A stretch of DNA of 64,000 nt from assembly GCA_965242725.1 (NCBI GenBank), contig CBDESZ010000022.1, positions 1-64,000 of the forward strand. Reading direction: 5' to 3'. The stretch is from Alkalispirochaeta sp. (GTDB taxonomy: Bacteria; Spirochaetota; Spirochaetia; DSM-27196; Alkalispirochaetaceae). The notes under the pieces were generated by a model. That model saw only the letters and a program-made list of their open reading frames with translations. It had not been told where the DNA came from and did not search any database. The position numbers and the translations under genes are program-made. Positions within the stretch are counted from its first letter, which is position 1; every line of letters begins with the position of its first letter. Positions 59,972 to 64,000 of the stretch are shown piece after piece.

Positions 59972-61274
59972 GGGACGAATACTGCTCATTTCACCGGGTG
60001 GCGCGTTTCTGAGCCGGAACGAGGAATTTCGGACCTATGTTGAGACGTCCCGGGAGATGAAAACGATCCTTCACTACTGGAACGGTCTGGGTGCGGCTCT
60101 GCCGACGGTGGCGGCCCTCACACCCGAAAACTATTCGGTCACCATTTGCGACGAAAATTACAGCGACATCGACTTTGACTCGCCCGTCGAAATCGTCGGA
60201 CTGACGGGAATGACCCAGCAGGCTTCCCGGGCGTATGAGATCGCCGACGAATTTCGCAGGCGGGGCGTTTATGTAACGATGGGCGGAATGCACGCCACCG
60301 TCCTCCCCGAGGAGGCGCTTGAACACGTCGATTCCGTCTTTGTCGGGGAGGCGGAAAACACATGGCCCCGGTTTCTGTCCGACTACGACAGGGGAGAGCC
60401 TCGCCGTATATATGACCAGAACGATTATCCCGACGTCGACATGACGACGATTCCGCTGCCCCGGTACGACCTGGTAGCCCACAATGACTACCCCGTGGTG
60501 TGGGTTCAGGCGACACGGGGGTGCCCCCTTGACTGCGAGTTCTGTGCGGCCACACGGGTCTATGGTCGACGTTACCGCCACAAGGAGGTTTCCCAGGTCG
60601 CAACCGAGGTGCGTACGGTGCGATCGCTCTGGAAACACGCCCAGGTCGGATTTGCCGACGACAACATGTTCGTCAATCGACCGTGGGTACGAAAGCTTCT
60701 TGACGAATTTGAGACGATTCCGTTCACCTGGTACGCCCAGAGCGATATTTCAATTTCGGAGCATCCCGACCTCCTGCAACGGCTGCATGAAACGGGTCTG
60801 CGCATTCTCTTTGTCGGTTTTGAGAGCGTAAACCACGACAATCTCAAGGGGATAAACCGCAATGAGTGGAAAGCGCGCCGGCTGGAGCGATATCCTGACG
60901 CGATCGCGGCGATTCAGGGAGCGGGTATCGGCGTCTACGGCTCCTTCATCGTCGGAATGGAATCGGATGACCACGATGTGTTTTCCCAGATTGCGGACTT
61001 CGCAAACACCAATAATCTGATGGGTACGCAGATAACGATCCTCACGCCCTTTCCCGGCAGCCTCCTGCGAACCCGCATGGAGCGGGAGGGACGGATTGCG
61101 TCCAGCGACTGGAGTCTGTATACCGCGTGGAACAGCGTCATACACCATCCCCGCCTATCCGCAGACGAGCTCGAGTCGGGTCTGTTGAAAATCTATCGGT
61201 CGGTCTATGCGGAAGAACAACTACGCGCTCGAGCGGCGCATTTCAAGACCATTTTCCGGAAACTCGCGGGGTAA
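59964..61274 (+). CDS. Cobalamin-binding-domain radical SAM enzyme
   Basis: GGMHAT..PEE, GEAE, RGCPLDCEFC (CxxxCxxC), DDN, VGFES, TPFPGS. Confidence 0.92.
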   Translation: MDKGRILLISPGGAFLSRNEEFRTYVETSREMKTILHYWNGLGAALPTVAALTPENYSVTICDENYSDIDFDSPVEIVGLTGMTQQASRAYEIADEFRRRGVYVTMGGMHATVLPEEALEHVDSVFVGEAENTWPRFLSDYDRGEPRRIYDQNDYPDVDMTTIPLPRYDLVAHNDYPVVWVQATRGCPLDCEFCAATRVYGRRYRHKEVSQVATEVRTVRSLWKHAQVGFADDNMFVNRPWVRKLLDEFETIPFTWYAQSDISISEHPDLLQRLHETGLRILFVGFESVNHDNLKGINRNEWKARRLERYPDAIAAIQGAGIGVYGSFIVGMESDDHDVFSQIADFANTNNLMGTQITILTPFPGSLLRTRMEREGRIASSDWSLYTAWNSVIHHPRLSADELESGLLKIYRSVYAEEQLRARAAHFKTIFRKLAG

Positions 61275-61284
61275 CAACGACGAG

Positions 61285-63769
61285 ATGCAGCCGGGATACA
61301 TAGAGGAACAAAAAGAACGGGCCCTTCGGAACAGCCGTATCGCGGCCGTCTTTGCCGCGGTTGCAATTATGGTGTTCGCCCTTCTCGACATGGTGGTCTA
61401 TCCAGACTTTATGTACCGCTTTCTTATTCTCCGCATTTCAGTCGTCGGCGTCAGCGCGATCCTCTACGCCATTACCTATATTCCCCGTGCCGCCGATTTC
61501 GGACGGGAGATCGGTATGGTTCAGTACGTCATTACGGCTCTTTCAGTTGTCGTGATGATACATATGGCGGACGGGTACCTGAGTACCTATTACGCGGGGT
61601 TGAACATCATTTTCATCGTTTTTCTCGCCATTCTTCCCCTGGACCACATCAGGACAACCGTCATTTGCTCGGTCATCTACGCGGCGTATCTCATTCCCAT
61701 CCTCCTGCACGGCCAAATCGACGATTGGGCGATTTTTGTCAACAACAACGCCTTCCTCCTGGGAACAATCCTGCTCGCCGTCGTAAGCTCCTATTTTTCA
61801 AATCGCCTGCGCCGGAAGGAGTATATCGCCCGATACAACCTCGCCCGGGCAAATGACGAGCTGAAACAGATGGACCTGCTGAAATCCCAGTTTTTCGCCA
61901 ATATCAGCCATGAGGTGCGGACGCCGCTCACGTCGATCATCGGCCCCGTTCAAAGTCTCTACCAGGGGGAGGCCGGGGAGGTAAACGATATACAGCGGCA
62001 GCTCCTTTCCCAGGTCTATCGGAACGGCGTCAGACTCCTCGACATGATCAATCAAATGCTCGATTTTGCCCGGTTTGATGCAAATAAGATGCAGGTGCGT
62101 CTGTCCGAGGTCGATCTGGATACGGTCATTCAGGACATCATCTCCGTCTTTCTTGAAGTCGCTGCACGAAAATCACTGACGATCACCTATGAACTGGAGA
62201 CGGATATTTTTCCGGTCTATCTGGACAAGGAAAAAGCGGACCGGATTATCACCAATCTGCTGAGAAACGCCATAAAATTCACCGACCGCGGCGGAATCAC
62301 CATACGTGCGGGCAGCAACGGCGATACCGTCTATATCGAAATAGAAGACACGGGAATCGGCATACCGGGAGATCAGGTTTCGACGATTTTTGAACGGTTT
62401 CAGCAGGTCGACAGCTCGAGCACGCGAAGGTACGAAGGAACGGGCCTCGGATTGACGATCGTCAAGGAAGCGGTGGAGATCCAGAGGGGCTCGGTGGACG
62501 TCCGGAGCGTATACGGGGAAGGAACGACCTTTACCGTAACCTTCCCCTGCGATCTCCATGAACAGATGCCAAACGCCGTCGGTGCACCTGTTGCCAAGGA
62601 ACGGCGACGGGGGGACCGCCGAAAAGGAAACGGCGCCTATACCGGACCGGAACGGCGACGCGGACCGCGGCGACAGCTGGACTTTGCACGTGTGGACATC
62701 GCCGATATGGTCATGATCGATTCGGGGCTCTACGGGTTCGATGAAGAGGATGAGGAGTCGATCGCCGACCGGGACGATGACCGGGAGCGGACAATCGTTC
62801 TCTACGTCGAGGATAACGTCGACCTTCGCAGGTACGTGTATACAATGCTCTCCCGATCGGGGTATCGCGTCGTTACCGCCGCGGACGGCAGAGACGGGTG
62901 GGACAAATTGCAGGACCTCCACCCGGATGTCGTCGTTTCCGACGTCATGATGCCCCGCCTGGACGGCTACGACCTCATGAAACGGATGAGAAGCAGCGAC
63001 GAGCTGTGCACCATTCCGATCATCCTCACCACGGCCAAGTCGGAAACAGAGGAACGGATCAAGGGTCTGGAACACGGTGCGGATGATTACCTTGCCAAAC
63101 CGATAAACATCAGGGAACTTGACGCCCGTATTCGCAATCTCATAACCCGCAGGCTCTTTCAGGAAGCGGTGGCAAAAGCGGAAATGCTGGAACGGCGAAT
63201 GCAGGACATCACCCTGGGATTCTCCCGTTCCCTGGATCTGCGGGATCCCTACACGGCAAATCACTCAAAGGATGTCCTCTTTTTTGGTACGATTATCGCC
63301 GATGAACTGGGATATACCGTAGACGAGACGTTCCGTGACGCGCTGCTCCTTCACGATATCGGGAAAATCGGAATCCCCGACCGTATCCTTCTCAAGGAAG
63401 GGCCTCTCAATGATGACGAGTGGACGTTAATGAAACGACACGCCGAGTTCGGTGCCCAATTGCTGGCGGAAATTTGAATCATTCAGGGATGTCAGTGAAA
63501 TCGTCCTCGCCCATCAGGAACGGTTCGACGGGAGCGGATATCCCCGGGGCCTGAAAAACGGGGATATCCCCTTTATTGCCCGCATTATCGCCGTTGCCGA
63601 CGCATGGCACGCGATGACTGAAGATCGTCCCTACCGCAGGGCGCTGGATGTCTCCGAAGCCATTTGTGAATTGACCCGTGGCAGGGGCAGCCATTTTGAC
63701 CCTGCGGTGGTTGATGCATTTATTGCGGCTCTCTGCCGTCACCAATTGATCGATCTATCAATGTGCTGA
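61285..63769 (+). CDS. Hybrid sensor: multi-TM histidine kinase, receiver and HD-GYP domain, frameshift near 63472
   Basis: About six TM helices, SHEVRTPL, NAIKFT, DTGIGI, GTGLGL; VEDN, SDVMMP, LTTAK, KP; LLHDIGK, then HQERFDGSGYP and DRPYR in the next frame. Confidence 0.9.
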
Positions 63770-63785
63770 ATCGACGCCGGACGGG

Positions 63786-64000
63786 TCAGCAGAGAATGGT
63801 AATCCCTCCGTCTACGACCAGATCATGGCCGGTAATAAACCCCGCCATCGGCGACGCCAGAAAAAGCACAGCCCCTGCCACTTCGGAAACTTCCGCAAGA
63901 CGCCCCAATGGAGTTCTCTCGGTCCAGCGGGCAATGAGATCCTGCACCTCCGGGCGTTTGTTCATATCGGTGAGGGTATAGCCGGGACTGACGCTGTTCA
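63786..64000 (-). CDS. 3' end of an SDR family oxidoreductase
   Basis: Own translation: NSVSPGYTLTDM...TPLGRLAEVSEVAGAVLFLASPMAGFITGHDLVVDGG...C*. Confidence 0.9.
   Translation of the reverse strand, partial: NSVSPGYTLTDMNKRPEVQDLIARWTERTPLGRLAEVSEVAGAVLFLASPMAGFITGHDLVVDGGITILC

Noticed and set aside
63452..63769. Separate small HD-GYP gene or programmed frameshift
   Set aside because: It is the direct continuation of the HD domain cut at 63477, and similar indels are common in this assembly, so error is the simpler explanation
1..64000. tRNA, rRNA, transposase, integrase or prophage genes
   Set aside because: None recognised; intergenic gaps are short and no ORF shows such motifs, though small RNAs could be missed by eye

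Overview
GC-rich bacterial DNA whose gene set and protein styles (FliS/FlgN, 'AGGQGE'-type solute-binding protein leader, a DUF3996-like outer-membrane protein, Treponema-type TPR/Mrr and deacetylase genes) point to a free-living anaerobic spirochaete; the taxonomy is inference. Six regions: (1) 0.4-16 kb, a GntR-controlled catabolic island with two AroQ, AroE, a TRAP transporter, an IolN-like ring hydrolase, several dehydrogenases, a cupin, an Ldh-family enzyme and an HMG/CHA aldolase, which together fit an oxygen-independent, non-aromatic quinate/shikimate breakdown route; (2) 16-35 kb, flagellar chaperones, an HD-GYP sensor, glgE and treS-maltokinase, PIN-PhoH, XPB helicase plus partner, and an AroD-AroE fusion; (3) 35-43.5 kb, a multimeric electron-bifurcating-type [FeFe]-hydrogenase operon divergent from rex and a DRTGG/CBS-kinase/PHP module; (4) 43.5-54.7 kb, envelope and housekeeping genes (ftsK, uppP, slt), many broken by single-base indels that look like assembly errors; (5) 54.8-63.8 kb, a five-gene operon encoding a multi-PilZ/LuxD-like thioesterase/methyltransferase fusion, an atypical acyl-adenylating enzyme, an ACP, a B12 radical SAM enzyme and a membrane kinase-REC-HD-GYP hybrid, the best candidate for an undescribed c-di-GMP-linked lipid-signal system; (6) a partial SDR gene at the end. 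No rRNA, tRNA, CRISPR array or transposase was recognised. All family calls come from motif recognition by eye, not database searches.
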